A stretch of 64,000 bases of DNA from Planctomycetota bacterium. GTDB lineage: Bacteria > Planctomycetota > UBA8108 > SXIK01. The position numbers and the translations under genes are program-made. Shown one piece after another: positions 10,369-19,686 of this stretch. The stretch covers positions 6,144,001 through 6,208,000 of the forward strand of contig CBDCXR010000004.1 of assembly GCA_965223845.1 (NCBI GenBank), read 5' to 3'. Below the pieces are notes generated by a model. That model ran no database searches, was not told the DNA's origin, and saw only the letters and a program-made list of their open reading frames with translations. The stretch's first letter is position 1, and every line of letters begins with the position of its first letter.

Positions 10369-11562
10369 CTAGGGTTTCGCCTTCACCCAATCCTCGTCGA
10401 AAGCCGCGTGCTTCATCGTCTTTCCGTCTTTGACGAAGAAGCTGTAGATGACGTGGATCGTCTCGTCTCGACCTTGGATCACCGCCGGGTAGTGATACCC
10501 CCCGGTCTCGTGCTTTTCGAGATGGCGCGTCCACTTCCAAGTCTTTCCTTCGTCGTCCGAGATCGAAACCGCGAGGCTGCTCCGGCCGCGCGTCGTGTCG
10601 TTGTAGACGAGCAGCCAATGTCCGTTCGCGAGTCGGACGCCGTCGAGCCCCGATCCCGGGTTCTCGAGACTCGAGACACCGACGGGCCCCCAAGTGATTC
10701 CGTCGTCTTTCGATTCCGAAACCCGCACCCGATCGAGGGGGCCGTTCTCGCGCATGTACGCGACAAGCGTGCCGTCGTTGCGCCGGAGGACGGCCGGCTG
10801 GATGCTTCCCCACCCGGCGAGCGGACGGCTCGCGAACCAGGTCTCGCCGCCATCGTCGCTGATCGCCATGAGCGAGACCGAATAGGTGTCCGAGTAAAGC
10901 GGCATGAGGATGCGCCCCGTCGGGAGAACCGTCGGCTTACAGCGCGGCTGCCAACCGAGGCGCTGGCTGAGCTTGTCCTCGACGAGTTCCTTCTTCCCGT
11001 TCCAAAACTCCTCGCCGCCGTTCGGCGAGAGCTTCAGACGCTCCTCGTAGCCCTTTCGCATGTCCGCGGCGAAATCGACGGGCTTGAGATACATCGCTCC
11101 TTGCCACGACCACTGGGGCGGGCCGTCGCCTTCGAAGCTCGCGGAAACGCGATAGTTCGTGAGACAGGATTCCCACGTGTTTGCGAGCACCACGGGCCAA
11201 AAGAGCCAGAGTCGCCCGGCGCGGTCGATGTGGAGAGCGGTGTTGCCGTCGGGGAAGCCGGGGTTGTCGACGAGCGGGAAGGCCTCCGACCACTTGTCTT
11301 CGCCCTTCCGTTTTCTCGCGCCGAAGACGGCGACGTCATCGGCGCGGCGCTCCCCCGAGCCGCGGTACCACGAGACGAGGATGTCGCCGTTCGGGCATTC
11401 GACGATGCCCGGGGCGTGGTTGTGGTCCTGGCGCAGCGGGAACACGAACGACCCGTCGATCGACTCTCCCGCTTCCTCCGGTGCACCGACGACGGTGGAG
11501 ACGATGGCTACGGCAATCCACAGCGAAAGTGCGCGACGGGGACGGACGCGGAGCGGAAGCAT
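10369..11562 (-). CDS. Secreted BNR/Asp-box repeat protein (sialidase-like beta-propeller)
   Basis: Asp boxes SDDGGETW, SKDDGITW, SDDEGKTW; HNHAPGIVECPNGD; YHYPAVIQ. Confidence 0.85.
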   Translation of the reverse strand: MLPLRVRPRRALSLWIAVAIVSTVVGAPEEAGESIDGSFVFPLRQDHNHAPGIVECPNGDILVSWYRGSGERRADDVAVFGARKRKGEDKWSEAFPLVDNPGFPDGNTALHIDRAGRLWLFWPVVLANTWESCLTNYRVSASFEGDGPPQWSWQGAMYLKPVDFAADMRKGYEERLKLSPNGGEEFWNGKKELVEDKLSQRLGWQPRCKPTVLPTGRILMPLYSDTYSVSLMAISDDGGETWFASRPLAGWGSIQPAVLRRNDGTLVAYMRENGPLDRVRVSESKDDGITWGPVGVSSLENPGSGLDGVRLANGHWLLVYNDTTRGRSSLAVSISDDEGKTWKWTRHLEKHETGGYHYPAVIQGRDETIHVIYSFFVKDGKTMKHAAFDEDWVKAKP

Positions 11563-11675
11563 CGGCGATTCCTCAGACTCGGTTTCTCGTTCCGGGGAAA
11601 AAGGAGAACGCCGGCAAGGAGCCGGGCCGGGTCATTCTAATCGCCCGCAGGGAGGAGTGAACACCACTTCGCGCG

Positions 11676-12056
11676 TCATTCGCCCACGGCGTAGTAGAAC
11701 TTCTCCTTGGCGATCTTGCCGTCCTTCACCGTGTAGACGCCGACCTCTTCCATCTGCATTCGCTGGCCGGCCATCGGACCCGCCGTCGGCGTGACGTCGT
11801 AGTTAAAGATGAGGGAGAATTCGTCGCCGTTCGGAAACGGCCCGCGGACTTCTCCGCTGTGGACTTCGTGGTTCGCGAACCACCATTCGTTCTTTCCGCG
11901 CACCGCGTCGATACCGTTCATCACGCGCGGCAGCTCGGGCATGCCGACGACTTCTTCCGACACCACGTCCGGCGCGTAGTACTGATCGATCGCTTCGAGA
12001 TTCTTTCCTTCGCGGCAGAGCTCGACAAGCTTCGAACCGATTTCTTGGGCACTCAT
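11676..12056 (-). CDS. SnoaL-like / NTF2 family protein
   Basis: 126 aa with YAPDVVSEE, GIDAVRGKNEWW, MEEVGVYTVKDGKIAKEKFYY; AGGAG RBS upstream. Confidence 0.85.
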   Translation of the reverse strand: MSAQEIGSKLVELCREGKNLEAIDQYYAPDVVSEEVVGMPELPRVMNGIDAVRGKNEWWFANHEVHSGEVRGPFPNGDEFSLIFNYDVTPTAGPMAGQRMQMEEVGVYTVKDGKIAKEKFYYAVGE

Positions 12057-12122
12057 GCGGGTTCTCCTTTGGGATGGCGCGCGTGCACGCGGATCCTTCG
12101 AGCGCGGGCCTCGATCCGCGGA

Positions 12123-13574
12123 TCATTTTGAAGAGGAAGTTCGCCCTTGGCTACGAGATTCAGCGTGCTTGTCTCGGATCCAATCGGGGACGCGAAACGA
12201 AACACTGAATTCGCCGCGATACCAGAGGCTGGTGCTGGGTACGACGGTGAGCGGAGCCGGAACGAGCTCCGATGCCGGCACGAGATCGGTCGCTGAGCTC
12301 GGATCGGCATCGATCCGAAAGCTGCGTTGATCCATTCGAACGTAGCGAAGCGCGAGCTGATCTCCGTCTCCGCGGAGAACCCCCGGCCAGCGCGCCGCGA
12401 GCTCGGCTTCGGTCGCGGGGAGCTCGCCGCGCGCTCGAAAGTGGCGAAACAGTCGGCCGGCGATGCGGAAGGCGCGGTTTGTGACGCCGGTCTTGAGGGC
12501 AGACTTGCATAGAGATCGGACGAGGGTAGTGGACATCTCGCCGATTCTCGTCGACATATCTTCGAGGTCCGCCGCGATCTCGGGAACCGTGATGCTTCGG
12601 TCTCCGCCGAAGCGTCGCTCGAAGCGATAGTAGGCGAGAGTCGCCCTCGCCGCATCGCGCGGGAGGAGCGCCCAGTCGCGGGGCGTCGCGAGGACACCCA
12701 CCGCTTTTTCGAACGCAGTTGAGCCGAGCGTCGACGATCCGGTGAGATCGCTGAGAAGCGCGAACTCAGCCTCGACGAGAAGTGACTGAAAGAGAATTCG
12801 TTCGCCGCGCATCGCCTGCGCGAGCCGTGCAAACGGAGCGGGCGGGGTTTTGATCCAACGATCCACCCGGTCGTCCGAGACGATTCCACGCGCGATGCAC
12901 GCGAGGTAGGCTTCGTCGCGAAATTGTCCGATCGCGTTGAACATCATCATCTCGAGCAGCGATCCGCAAGGCGAATTGGCGGCGACGAGACGGTCGAGGC
13001 CGACGAGGTACGGATCCGGTCCGTTCGGAGACACGACCGCTTGGATCCGCATCCAAGTCGCCAGCTGGCGGAGGGCGAGCAGCGAGGGGATCCTCAATGT
13101 TACGGTCTCTCCGATGGTAGAGTCCGGCGAGAGATCCGCGGCCGCGTAGCCGTGCCCCGAGAGGACGAGCTCCGGGCGCTCGAGGAGCGCGAGGGCTTCG
13201 CGATAGTGCGCGTCACGGCCCGCGAGCGCGGAGGCGAGCTCCGGCGACACGACGGCGGGTGGCGGGCTCGCGACCCACTCCTCGAACTCGACGAGCGAAC
13301 TGAGAAGCGGAGTCGACACCCCGCGTTCGCTCCAGTCCCAGAACTCTTCTTGGAGCGCGGAGTCGACCTCGACCGCGTCGATGAACTCGGCGAGCGTGGT
13401 CCAGCCGCCGGCCGCGGCGATTTCGCGCTGAACGGCGGCGAACTCACCGCGCCCGTGAAGGCGAACGACCGCGCCCACTCCGACCGCGAGGATGGCGAGA
13501 CTCGCGAGGATCCAGACGAAGGTCGGGATCCGTCGTGCGCGCAGCTTCGGTTTGGAGGAATCGCTCGGGTTCAC
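12123..13574 (-). CDS. Hypothetical membrane-anchored protein, tandem paralogue 3 of 3
   Basis: Single N-terminal TM helix; shares GGWTT, LQEEFWDW.ER, RD.AYLA, MRG.RI, ERRF.G, GELP...LAARWP motifs with its two neighbours. Confidence 0.75.
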   Translation of the reverse strand: MNPSDSSKPKLRARRIPTFVWILASLAILAVGVGAVVRLHGRGEFAAVQREIAAAGGWTTLAEFIDAVEVDSALQEEFWDWSERGVSTPLLSSLVEFEEWVASPPPAVVSPELASALAGRDAHYREALALLERPELVLSGHGYAAADLSPDSTIGETVTLRIPSLLALRQLATWMRIQAVVSPNGPDPYLVGLDRLVAANSPCGSLLEMMMFNAIGQFRDEAYLACIARGIVSDDRVDRWIKTPPAPFARLAQAMRGERILFQSLLVEAEFALLSDLTGSSTLGSTAFEKAVGVLATPRDWALLPRDAARATLAYYRFERRFGGDRSITVPEIAADLEDMSTRIGEMSTTLVRSLCKSALKTGVTNRAFRIAGRLFRHFRARGELPATEAELAARWPGVLRGDGDQLALRYVRMDQRSFRIDADPSSATDLVPASELVPAPLTVVPSTSLWYRGEFSVSFRVPDWIRDKHAESRSQGRTSSSK

Positions 13575-13637
13575 CGGATGCTCTCGGAAACGTCGTGGTG
13601 GTGACCGCCGGTGTTTCGGCTTCGTGAACCCTCTTTC

Positions 13638-15080
13638 CTACTCGAACCAGTCGGGCACGCGGAACTGAAAATCGTAGCCGGTTGCTATCCAGAGTCTTTC
13701 CGCTGGTCGAGGCGCAGCGGGCCGCCCCTGCGCGAAGGAAGCGAACTCGGCGGCGGACAAGAGGGGCGTTGTGGCAATCCAATCAACGGTGACGCGAAAC
13801 CGGCAGTCGTTTTCGAGTTCGTAGCGAAGCCGGAGTCCGTCTCCCTCCGGTACGAAGAGATCGGGCCAGCGCGCGGCAAGCGTTTCTTGATCTTGGGGTA
13901 GCTCGCCGTGCGTTCGTCGATGGAGGTAAGCTCGCGCGGCGATCCGGAGGGCGCGGTGCGTATTGTCGAATGGGAAGAGCGACGAGCAAGTCGAGTAGAG
14001 GTCGAAATCGCTCCGATTCGACACTTCACGCGTAAGCTCTCGGAAGCTAGCTCGGATTTCTGCGAGCGAGATCGACGATTCACCGGAGAAGCGGCGTTCC
14101 AATTGATACTGAGCTCGAATCGCTCGAGCGAATTCGTCCCGGCCGAGAACCCAATCGATGCGTGTAGCGAGGTTCCGGCACGACGCCATGAACGGATGGT
14201 CCGCGGACGACCGCCGCCAACGAGTGCCGCCCGCCTCGACCAGAGTCGAAAGATCCGCGTCGAGGAATGGGATCAATTCGAAGATCCTGTCGCCGCGCAT
14301 TCCTTCAGCGTAGCGCGTGAATACGCGGGAAGGTGCTTGGAGCCACGCGCGGGCGAGATCGGGACTCACCTGCCTTCGGACGATCGCGGCGAGATAGGTT
14401 TCGTCCCGAGTCCACCCGAAGAGGCGGGAAAGAAACGCGTCCCACGATTTGCCGCAAGGAGCGTAGCCGTTGTCGATTCGATCGAGGCTTCGCAGCCATC
14501 GGTCGGCGCTTCCGTCTGAGAGAATCGATCGAAAATGTATCCACCTCACTAAATCTCGCAGCGCGCTCACGCTCGAAGTTCGACGGCAGTTCTCGCCGTA
14601 GAGCTTCGATGCACCGGTCCAATCCAGCGGCGTGAAACCGTGCGCCGACAAGATCAGTCCCGGTCGTTCGAGGAGTGTGAGTCCTTCGACGAGCCACGGA
14701 TGATTCGCCTCGGCCATGTCATCGGCCTCCGGCGGACGCGGCAGATTCGGGTCGCGCGCGATCCAGTAGTACTCGTCGGGTGGCGACTGGAACTCCCACC
14801 GCTCGTTCCAGTCCCAGAACTCCTCCTGGAGCGCCCGATCGACTTCGACGGCGCCGAAGTATTCGGAAAGCGTCGTCCAACCGCCACTCTCCGCGATGTC
14901 TCGTCGGATCGACGCGAGCGCTTCGGCCCGACGGGAGTGACTGATCCAGCTCACTCCCGCGGCGAGTAGGGTGACCAGAACGACCGACCGGGCCCACGGC
15001 CGGAAACTCCGTCGGTGGTAATCGCGCGATCTCGAACGGGTCTGAATCGGAAGACGTGTTTGTCTGAGTCCGCGCGTCAT
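13638..15080 (-). CDS. Hypothetical membrane-anchored protein, tandem paralogue 2 of 3
   Basis: Same motif order (GGWTTLSEY, LQEEFWDWNER, RDETYLA, MRGDRI, LERRFSG, GELPQDQETLAARWP). Confidence 0.75.
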   Translation of the reverse strand: MTRGLRQTRLPIQTRSRSRDYHRRSFRPWARSVVLVTLLAAGVSWISHSRRAEALASIRRDIAESGGWTTLSEYFGAVEVDRALQEEFWDWNERWEFQSPPDEYYWIARDPNLPRPPEADDMAEANHPWLVEGLTLLERPGLILSAHGFTPLDWTGASKLYGENCRRTSSVSALRDLVRWIHFRSILSDGSADRWLRSLDRIDNGYAPCGKSWDAFLSRLFGWTRDETYLAAIVRRQVSPDLARAWLQAPSRVFTRYAEGMRGDRIFELIPFLDADLSTLVEAGGTRWRRSSADHPFMASCRNLATRIDWVLGRDEFARAIRAQYQLERRFSGESSISLAEIRASFRELTREVSNRSDFDLYSTCSSLFPFDNTHRALRIAARAYLHRRTHGELPQDQETLAARWPDLFVPEGDGLRLRYELENDCRFRVTVDWIATTPLLSAAEFASFAQGRPAAPRPAERLWIATGYDFQFRVPDWFE

Positions 15081-15223
15081 TTAACCCCTACGCGTGCGCC
15101 TTGCCGACCAGCTCGAGTCACTCCGAAATCCGGAGTTCGTAGAGTGGTCTAGGATGTTCCGCCGCGCCCCGGTGACTAGTGAAGCCCTGTTCACTCCTCG
15201 GGATCTTTCTTCGCTTTCTTGAT

Positions 15224-16672
15224 TCACGTGGCTATTCGAACCACTCGGGGATTCGAAACTCGAAGCGAAAACTCCAACCCGCCCAGAGGACCCCCTTCGA
15301 CTTTGAGGTCGATCGGGTCGTCTGACTTCGACCAGAGCGCGATTTGTTCTGGGGATGCGAGCCTGCGCGGGCTCCTAGGGTCGACCGCGATCCGAAACTG
15401 ATCGGCGCTCAGCTTCTCATACCGGATTCCGAGTCGATCGCCCGGCGCGGAGTAGAGATTCGGCCAGCGCTTCGCGAGTGACGCGTCGTCGGGGGGGAGC
15501 TCGCCGCTCGTTTTCCGGTCGAGATAAATGCGGCCGGCTAGCCGGATGATCCGGTGGGATGTGTCAAGAGCAAGAACCGCTGCGGAGAGCCCGGCGATAT
15601 CCGGGCCGAGGATCCTGCCGTAGACGCTGCTCATCGACGAGCAGTCCACCGCGACCTGCGAGACGTCGACCGAGAGATCCCCTTCGAGACGACGTTCCAA
15701 TCGATAGAGCGAGCGAATCGCTCGCGCGCAGTCAGAGGGAAGTGTCAACCAGTCGGTGGTCGAGACGACTCGGTCCCAAGCCACCGGACTCGCGTCGCGT
15801 TCGAGAACGGACCTTATCTTCCACCAGATTCCCATCCACTCTCGACGAGTCGCACTGCTGGTCTCAAGAAGCCGAGGCCAGAACACGATTCGATCCGCGC
15901 GGAGCCCTTCAGCGTAGCGCTTGAATGCGACGGAAGGCGCATTGAACCACGCGCTCGCAGACTCATCGGTGATCGCTCCGTGGATGATTCCGGCGAGATA
16001 AGCCTTGTCCCGGGCAGCACAATGTCGAGCGAAAAAAAACGCATCGAGCAGGCTCCCCGAGGGAGCGTTCGCGTCGACGAGACGGTCGAGAAGAAGAAGC
16101 CAAACAGTGGCATCCTGGTCGGGAGAGAGCGACCGAATCTGAAGCCAATCTGTAAAGTCGTCGAGCGATCTCGACACGAGCGCGCTCTCTGCGCGCGACT
16201 CTCTCATGAACTCCTCGACGCCGAGCTCGGTTGCGTTCGAGCCAACCGAAGAGAGGACGAGATTCGGTCGCCGAAGGAACTCGATGCCCTCCCGAAAGAG
16301 CTCTTTACTGGCCTCCAACGCGTCGTTGATCCCCGGCGGAATCGAGGCGCCCGGGCGTTGGACGACGAACTCCTGGATGACCCAGAATTCCTGGGCGTCC
16401 GCGAAAACGGCCGCCTCAACCACGCGCTCGCGCCAATCCCTGAATTCTTGTTGCAGACCCTCGTCGACATCGACGGCCTGACTCAGCTCGGCGATTGTCG
16501 TCCACCCCCCTTCGGTAGCGATCTCACGCTGAACTGCTTCGAGCTCGCTAACGCCGCGGCTCCGCACGAGCCAGGCGAATCCCGCCACGATCAGAATGGA
16601 GCAGAGAAGAGTCCCGCCACAGATGACGAGGCGGCCCCTGCGCACGTGCCGAGGCAGCCCTCTCTTTGTCAT
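15224..16672 (-). CDS. Hypothetical membrane-anchored protein, tandem paralogue 1 of 3
   Basis: GGWTTIAEL, LQQEFRDWRER, RDKAYLA, LRADRI, LERRLEG, GELPPDDASLAKRWP; ATGA overlap with the upstream gene. Confidence 0.75.
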   Translation of the reverse strand: MTKRGLPRHVRRGRLVICGGTLLCSILIVAGFAWLVRSRGVSELEAVQREIATEGGWTTIAELSQAVDVDEGLQQEFRDWRERVVEAAVFADAQEFWVIQEFVVQRPGASIPPGINDALEASKELFREGIEFLRRPNLVLSSVGSNATELGVEEFMRESRAESALVSRSLDDFTDWLQIRSLSPDQDATVWLLLLDRLVDANAPSGSLLDAFFFARHCAARDKAYLAGIIHGAITDESASAWFNAPSVAFKRYAEGLRADRIVFWPRLLETSSATRREWMGIWWKIRSVLERDASPVAWDRVVSTTDWLTLPSDCARAIRSLYRLERRLEGDLSVDVSQVAVDCSSMSSVYGRILGPDIAGLSAAVLALDTSHRIIRLAGRIYLDRKTSGELPPDDASLAKRWPNLYSAPGDRLGIRYEKLSADQFRIAVDPRSPRRLASPEQIALWSKSDDPIDLKVEGGPLGGLEFSLRVSNPRVVRIAT

Positions 16673-17073
16673 CGCTGGCGCTTCGCGGATTCGACGATCA
16701 GCTCCGGATCGTGAAGCGCGAGCGCACGCGACTCCATCGCCGGAGGCGAGATCGCGCCCACGTCCTCGGTACTCGTCAGCTCGAAGATCAACATCAACGC
16801 TCCGAGTCGGATCACGAACGCAAGGACCGTGATGATGAGCGCCTTGAAGAGGTCGATGTCCATGAGTTTCGAGAGCAGCACAAAGAACACGATGAGCGAA
16901 GCGATTCCGCCGATCGCAGGGATGAACTGCACGAGAGAGGAGATGAGCGCGATGATTCCAAACTCGAGGAACTTTCCTTCATCGCCGATGAGCTTCGCCG
17001 CGATCCAAAGACTCGCGGTGTAGATCGCGAGTCCGACGAGGAATATCACGAGTAACTCGACAAAGTCGGACAT
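16669..17073 (-). CDS. Small multi-pass membrane protein
   Basis: Several hydrophobic helices; start MSDFVELL behind GAGGAGG. Confidence 0.7.
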   Translation of the reverse strand: MSDFVELLVIFLVGLAIYTASLWIAAKLIGDEGKFLEFGIIALISSLVQFIPAIGGIASLIVFFVLLSKLMDIDLFKALIITVLAFVIRLGALMLIFELTSTEDVGAISPPAMESRALALHDPELIVESAKRQR

Positions 17074-17193
17074 CGAACTCCTGGACCTCCTCAAACCGGC
17101 GGATCATTCCACATCGCGAGGCGAGATTCGGGCCTCTACGCACCGTCTCCTCGGATTCTTCGCTCTCCGCCGGAGACGTGCGAGCGCTCGGAG

Positions 17194-17769
17194 CTAGCCC
17201 ACCGGCGCCACCTCCGGCCACAGCCACCCGAATGTCGCCGCTGTCACAAGTCCGTAGACGACGCCGTCGCCCAGATGTTTCGCCGTGTTCGACCACTTGT
17301 GGCCCTTCCAGATCGAGTCCGGGAGATTCGCGATCCCGTAGGCGGCGATCGCAGCCGCGCCCACCACGCGAAACACCGCCGCGAACCCCGCGCCGGGGCC
17401 GAGTCCGTTCCACGACGCGTACGCGACGAAGAGGCCGACGAGGACCGAGTAGAGGAACCACTGGACGAGGCTCTTCCCCATCGTCATCGGGCCGCTCGGA
17501 AGGATCGTCAAAAAGCCGACCGGTCCCTGCTTGTACTTCTCGAGCATCTCCGGCGACGACATGTCTTTCATCTCGCGGCAAAACGGGAAGTGATAGTCGC
17601 CGCGCGTGATGCCTTGCTCACGCATCGCCGCGAGGACGCTTGCCTCGCCGGGTATTTGCTCGTAGTCCTTCCGGTGGATCGGGAGAACCATGTGGAGGAT
17701 GGAGCTCGCGACGAAGACGAAGACCGCCGAGAGAAGGATCGGGAGCCACAGCTCGGTGAGGAACTCCAT
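17194..17769 (-). CDS. Hypothetical membrane protein (about 4 TM)
   Basis: AGGAG RBS; MEFLTELWLPILLSAVFVFVASSILHMVLPIH; host-like codon usage. Confidence 0.75.
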   Translation of the reverse strand: MEFLTELWLPILLSAVFVFVASSILHMVLPIHRKDYEQIPGEASVLAAMREQGITRGDYHFPFCREMKDMSSPEMLEKYKQGPVGFLTILPSGPMTMGKSLVQWFLYSVLVGLFVAYASWNGLGPGAGFAAVFRVVGAAAIAAYGIANLPDSIWKGHKWSNTAKHLGDGVVYGLVTAATFGWLWPEVAPVG

Positions 17770-17936
17770 AACGCTCTCCTTTGTCGTGAATCGATCGCGT
17801 GAACGCGCCGGAAGGCTCCGGACGCGTTCGGATTCTACTCTTCGCGACGATTCACGCCGAGCGTCGATCCTCCTGCCGAGGCGAAGTGGCGCCGGCCCGG
17901 ACGGGATCGTCCGTTACCGAGCCGGCGCGTGGGGGA

Positions 17937-18875
17937 TTACGCGTAGGAGTAGCCGAGCGCTGCGATATCGCGCGTGTCGGCTTCGGTCTCACTCCACGGA
18001 TCCATGATCGCCGCGGAGCCGGTGAGCGACGGGTGTTCGGTCGGATGCGTCTGCTGCCACTCGTGCCAGATCCGGTCGATCTCGGCGTGATGCATCCAGA
18101 AGATCGGATCGCACGGCGCAGTCGGAACGATTCCCATCGAGCCGCCGACCCACACGTGACCCGAGTCGTGGACGCCCTCGAGATCCTGCCAAAACGGAAC
18201 GAACGTCGCATTTCCCATCGCGGCGGTGACGTCGGCCGTATCGGGTAGAGTCGCGAACACGCCGATGTTGCGGGTGACCGTATGCGGACCGCTCGCGAGA
18301 TTGACGGTCGGTGTGAATCCGAGCAGCCAAGACGGGAACGCTTGCTCTTCGCTCGACTTCCAGTAGGGAAGGCACACCGTAGGATCGATCGATTGGAGCA
18401 GCTCTTCGAGGCGCAGCAGATAGATTCGGTGCCACGGCAGGAAGCGCGGATGCTGATGCATCTGGTGCGTCGAGTTCGCGTGGATGTCGACGAGCGGGCC
18501 GAGCGCGCCGAGAGCGTTCGCCTGCGCGAATGCGTTCAGGAAGCGAGTCTGCTGATCGGACGTGAGCGTCCGGTGGTCGCGACGCACACACAGCCGCTGG
18601 GGATCATTGTCGTCACCGTCGTCCTCGTGGCACTTCGTCGGCGGCTTGTAACACTTCTCGATCGGCCTGAAGCACGAATGGTCGTACGAGTGTGGGACGT
18701 ACGGCGGTGGATCCTTCGTCGCGTAGGAACCGTAGAGGTCCGGGTCCGGATACCGCGGATTCTCCGGTGGCTTGTGATGCGAATGGTCCGGTCGACCGTG
18801 GTCGTCGTAGTCCTTCTCGTAGCACGGATTCGGTTTCGGTTTCTTGTGGTGTTCGTGTTGTTTCCCTTTGCCCAC
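17937..18875 (-). CDS. Tyrosinase family (type-3 copper) protein with a low-complexity His/Pro/Tyr/Asp/Lys N-terminus
   Basis: CuA DIH...HQHPRFLPWHRIYL; CuB VHDSGHVWVGGSM...DPIFWMHHAEIDRIW. Start set at GTG 18875 behind AGGGAG. Confidence 0.9.
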   Translation of the reverse strand: MGKGKQHEHHKKPKPNPCYEKDYDDHGRPDHSHHKPPENPRYPDPDLYGSYATKDPPPYVPHSYDHSCFRPIEKCYKPPTKCHEDDGDDNDPQRLCVRRDHRTLTSDQQTRFLNAFAQANALGALGPLVDIHANSTHQMHQHPRFLPWHRIYLLRLEELLQSIDPTVCLPYWKSSEEQAFPSWLLGFTPTVNLASGPHTVTRNIGVFATLPDTADVTAAMGNATFVPFWQDLEGVHDSGHVWVGGSMGIVPTAPCDPIFWMHHAEIDRIWHEWQQTHPTEHPSLTGSAAIMDPWSETEADTRDIAALGYSYA

Positions 18876-19065
18876 GGATCGTCTCCCTTGAGAACAAACT
18901 GACTCGTTCGATCGTGCGACAAGTCCACCGCTATCGGTGGGCTTACCGCGTCCCAGTACCCCGATCGAGCGGACCCGTTTCGGTCCGCCGCGCAATCGAC
19001 CGCGGCGTGCGCTTTGGGAAACGCACGCGTTCGCAAGATGCGGTTCGGTTCGCGCTACCCGGCCG

Positions 19066-19653
19066 TCACTTCTCGGCCAGCGCGGCCGCGGCGCTCGCCT
19101 GAAGCGGAGATTCTGCGTTTTCGGCTAACGCGCGAAGGGCCGCCTTCGCGCCGTCCGTCGCGAGAACACCGAGACCGAGCACCGCTTGGCTGCGGTAGCT
19201 GAGCGCGAAGTTCTCGCGAGCGCGGGTGACGACCTCGTCCTCGCTCCGGCCGCGCAGCGCCTCGAGATCGTCGCCTTCGAGCCCGAACGTCTCGCCCCCT
19301 TTCAGTTGCTCGTTCGTCTGCGCGAATCTACGGCGCGCACCGCTCTCGACGTCCGCGAGGAGCTCGTCGTCCGGACCGTCCGCGACTGCCTTGAGGAAGA
19401 TCGCCTCGAGCTCCGCGGCTCGTTCGGCGAGGGCAGTTTCGACCGAGTCGTCGTCGCCGAGATCGCAAGCTTCGAGGAGCCAGAGCTCGGCGAGGTCGTT
19501 CGCGGGAAGCTCCGCCGGCGCCAGTGGGTTCGCCAGCTGGGCGGGAGCACCGCCAGAGCTCGACGTCGTCTCGCACGATACGAGAAGGCCGAGCACCGCG
19601 AGCACTCCGGCGACGCGAGTCGAGAGGAAATTGGATCGTCTGGATCGCACCAT
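19066..19653 (-). CDS. Putative lipoprotein, helical
   Basis: Lipobox-like LLVSC after a hydrophobic stretch; acidic helical body. Confidence 0.65.
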   Translation of the reverse strand: MVRSRRSNFLSTRVAGVLAVLGLLVSCETTSSSGGAPAQLANPLAPAELPANDLAELWLLEACDLGDDDSVETALAERAAELEAIFLKAVADGPDDELLADVESGARRRFAQTNEQLKGGETFGLEGDDLEALRGRSEDEVVTRARENFALSYRSQAVLGLGVLATDGAKAALRALAENAESPLQASAAAALAEK

Positions 19654-19686
19654 GGTCTTCGTCTCCCGTAATTCCTCGAGCGGAGC

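Noticed and set aside
12123-16672. Integron cassette array explaining the tandem paralogues
   Set aside because: No attC-like inverted repeats seen in the spacers and no integrase.
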